A stretch of 64,000 nt of DNA from Alloascoidea hylecoeti (Eukaryota), in contig BCKZ01000008.1 in the NCBI GenBank assembly GCA_001600815.1, forward strand, positions 620,001 through 684,000. The letters run 5' to 3'. The notes below the pieces were generated by a model. That model was not told where the DNA came from. It saw only the letters and a program-made list of their open reading frames with translations, and made no database searches. Positions 61,057 to 64,000 of the stretch are shown here, one piece after another. How positions within the stretch are numbered: the stretch's first letter is position 1; each line of letters opens with the position of its first letter. The translations under genes were made by a program, and so were the position numbers.

Positions 61057-63037
61057 ACACAACTTTAGTATGAACAACATATCTTGGTATAAATTCTCGT
61101 GAATTTCAATCTTTTGATCGCGAGCTTTCTATTGCTATTGGAGCCATCTAAAAATCTGAAAATATATTCCATTCCTCGTTTATGTCTTGATATAAGTGGA
61201 CCACCGATTATAACTGTGTTACTTAGGGATTATATGATAGAGCTTTTAGATAGCAATAAAAATTGATTTGTTTCTTTGAATTTATTTTACCCAGATTGTC
61301 ATTAATTAGTTATTCCAAGCCGCTGTGGTATATATTATTAGAATTGGATATGTTACTCGGGTATATTATACCTATTTATTCAATTAATTAAAGACCAAAG
61401 GCTCATATAATATTTCTAGTCTGCAATTACAAAATCATTCACCAGAAATATTTAAAATTGGTTCTATATGTAAGTTACACATCAAAATCTGGAGTTAAAA
61501 TGAGACTTTATTGCTCGGGTTAATTCTACCCTATCTCCAGATCTAGGGAATAAATAAAATAGAGTGTAAGACAAGTTTAAAGCGCTTATTCTTGAAATTG
61601 TACGTTTTGCGGAATTTGAAAATATACACCGTTGATGTTTTTAGCTTTATGGTCTGTCAAAGTCATATATATTATTATACCTTTTTTTAAGTTCAAATTT
61701 AATGAAAGATAGTGTATTCAATGTATGACCAAAAGTAGATTTTTTAGATCAGAAATGGATTCTTGCGGTTCCTTGATGCTGAGATGGGTTTTCAACAAAA
61801 TGGGGATTCTACTATTTAGATATTATTTAACTGTAGGCGTTTGCACCTTGCGATCACAACTGTCGCGCCGCCAATCTTATAATCACATTTATACATATCC
61901 TGTGAAATATGTGGATTTTACGAAGGAAAACAAACATATATATATGGTAGAAATAATTTTAAATCAGTCAAATATACCGTATTCATTTGATTTTTTAAAA
62001 AGATGATGAAGTTCCAACTAGAAATTGTAATTGCATTATCATTAAGGGCTAGATTATTGCAGATACAATTAATATGTTAATTGATGAGGTAATTTGAAGA
62101 TTATAAGGATATAGGGGCCCATATTGCAATTGTGCCTTGAAGAATTTATCTGATGCATAAAACTTTATACATTTCCTGTTCAGATCGCAAATTAGTACGA
62201 TACATGAGTACAAGATCTTATATCAAAGTCAATATTAATGCCGGCATCACTGTCACTATCACTATTGCTTAAGCTTAAAACTATATTCAATATTTAACTA
62301 CCGAGTAATCGATGTTACCATTTTGAATTCCGGGCCGGGCGGTAACAAGATTAATGTCAGCTGCATAATAACACTAACATTCTTATACAATCTCTCTAGA
62401 TATATTTTTATAGTGATCTTATGATTATGGCCTAGAGTAAAGTAGTCATAACATCGTATAAGTGAAAGGTAAATTAGTTTAGCCTAGAGTTATTGCAATT
62501 ACTAAAGTTGTAGTTATTCCTTTGAATTCATAATTATTAAAGTGTACGTGATAATAGAAAACATGTTTAAACGTTGGTGTTTTATTAAAAAAATCATTAA
62601 TTGCAATTGAAATCGCATTATATTATCAATTGAGTTCGATCATAAATGGTAATTTATATGTATTATCTCGAACTCACCATGAAAGTTGTATACAAACTTG
62701 AATTCATAGGCAATATCTGAAACTTATAGCTGTACCTTTACCTTTACTACCTTATAAGTAATTAACGATCATGGTTAATTTCAAAAACCGTAATATCTTA
62801 TCAGTAGTTACTCTTAAATATGTGCTTTCTCCCTATAGTTTACTTGTCTATAATAATAAATCAGTAAAGTTACATTTTAATATATATAAGTAAAGTTACA
62901 AGTTAATATATAAAGTAAAACTTTATAACTTTTTGACAGTATAAGAAAGAGTTCAATACAAGATTGATCATATCATACCGATGCGTTTGTTAATCGACGT
63001 CGTAAAGCACTACCAATTCATTTATTCTAAAAGTACA

Positions 63038-64000
63038 TTACTTTGAAGAATTCAATCTATCTTTCCGATGCTTATTAGTTTCCCATTCCTCCATATCGAC
63101 TAATTCAACATCTTCATCTTCCGGCATATTAGTTAATTTCATTTGAAGTTCTGACCCAGATAACTTTTTGCCAATTTCATAAGTACCACCTTGAATTAAA
63201 TCTTTAGCGACAAGTTCCCTCGTTCTACCCAATGATTCGATAGCAGATACTCTATCGCAAGTTTCATCCAGTAGTTCATTGAACCCAGGCATTGCTGCTA
63301 TTTCGTGGAATGCTCTCATCATGGGTACAGAATCAGCTTTTACTTTGGAATCAGAATTGATTGTAAAGATGTTTAAATCATCGTAAACCTGAATATAATC
63401 AGGACGAGTCATAATTTGTCGCGCTCTCCATAGTGGTAACTCAGGAAGTTTATGATCGAATAGCTTATCATTATTCTTAGAAGCATAAAAGCGAGATAAA
63501 GGTGCATTTGATTTATTATCCATATCAACCAATTCTTTTACCAATAGCATAGCAGAAGTTGAGAATTTCCCACTTTCCATTACATCGTCATCCATATTTG
63601 TACCTAATAGTGCAGCTTTGTTTAATAACCATGTTTTTTCCTTCTCAATAACTCTGTGACAAGCAAGAATTACATCCTCCTGTTTTGAAACCTTTGCTAA
63701 ATGCTGAGGTCTACCACCTATTAAATCGTAAACCTCATTTGCCTGTCTATCAGTTAATCTAAATTTCGGATCATGAAACCAATATCTTCTTGATCTTTGT
63801 AAAACTTGAATTGCCTGTTTTCTACTGAAATCATAGAAATTTACAACTTCTAATCGAGTTGCCATTTTTCTTAGTCTTTCATATAACCAATAGTCATCTG
63901 AATTAAAGATAATAGTCACTAATTTACTACCACTTAAGGATTCGGCCTTCTGTTGTAACAATTCTATTAGATCCTGACCTTCTTCATCATTTCGAATATA
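63038..64000 (-). CDS. Conserved fungal P-loop/AAA-like protein with a winged-helix-like C-terminus (5' end outside the window)
   Basis: Frame is open to the window edge (YIRNDEEGQDLIELLQQKAE...). Motifs IIFNSDDYWLYERL, LIGGRPQHL, AIESLGRTREL. Confidence 0.55.
   Translation of the reverse strand, partial: YIRNDEEGQDLIELLQQKAESLSGSKLVTIIFNSDDYWLYERLRKMATRLEVVNFYDFSRKQAIQVLQRSRRYWFHDPKFRLTDRQANEVYDLIGGRPQHLAKVSKQEDVILACHRVIEKEKTWLLNKAALLGTNMDDDVMESGKFSTSAMLLVKELVDMDNKSNAPLSRFYASKNNDKLFDHKLPELPLWRARQIMTRPDYIQVYDDLNIFTINSDSKVKADSVPMMRAFHEIAAMPGFNELLDETCDRVSAIESLGRTRELVAKDLIQGGTYEIGKKLSGSELQMKLTNMPEDEDVELVDMEEWETNKHRKDRLNSSK

Overview
This is AT-rich eukaryotic (fungal) nuclear DNA, most consistent with an intron-rich, early-diverging budding yeast (Saccharomycotina). 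CTG is read as Leu. There are about 21 protein genes and one intron-containing tRNA-Tyr. In order: CUE2-like Smr nuclease (partial), MIF2/CENP-C, delta-12 desaturase, YHM2, orphan F-box, ARP2, LSM1, an orphan GPI-type surface protein, a ~7.9 kb gene desert, a small Cys-rich protein, tRNA-Tyr, a mei2-like RRM gene, BPL1, a Far1/Ste5-like RING-vWA protein, GPD, STH1, SFC1, an OYE-family flavin oxidoreductase, a second F-box, RPS22, MAE1, RPL40, LAP2, an orphan membrane protein and a partial conserved fungal AAA-like gene. The standout is the mei2-like gene. Its conserved RRM3 can only be rebuilt by splicing a U2-type AT-AC intron followed by a GC-AG intron. Two other introns carry exact Mer1-type enhancers (ATACCCTT), and two introns share an identical 18-mer. 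Together these suggest a splicing-gated meiotic switch. Other points of note are structured 5'UTR introns in RPS22 and RPL40 and a ~720 bp degenerate palindrome over the LAP2 promoter. All gene models and family calls were made by eye, without database searches.
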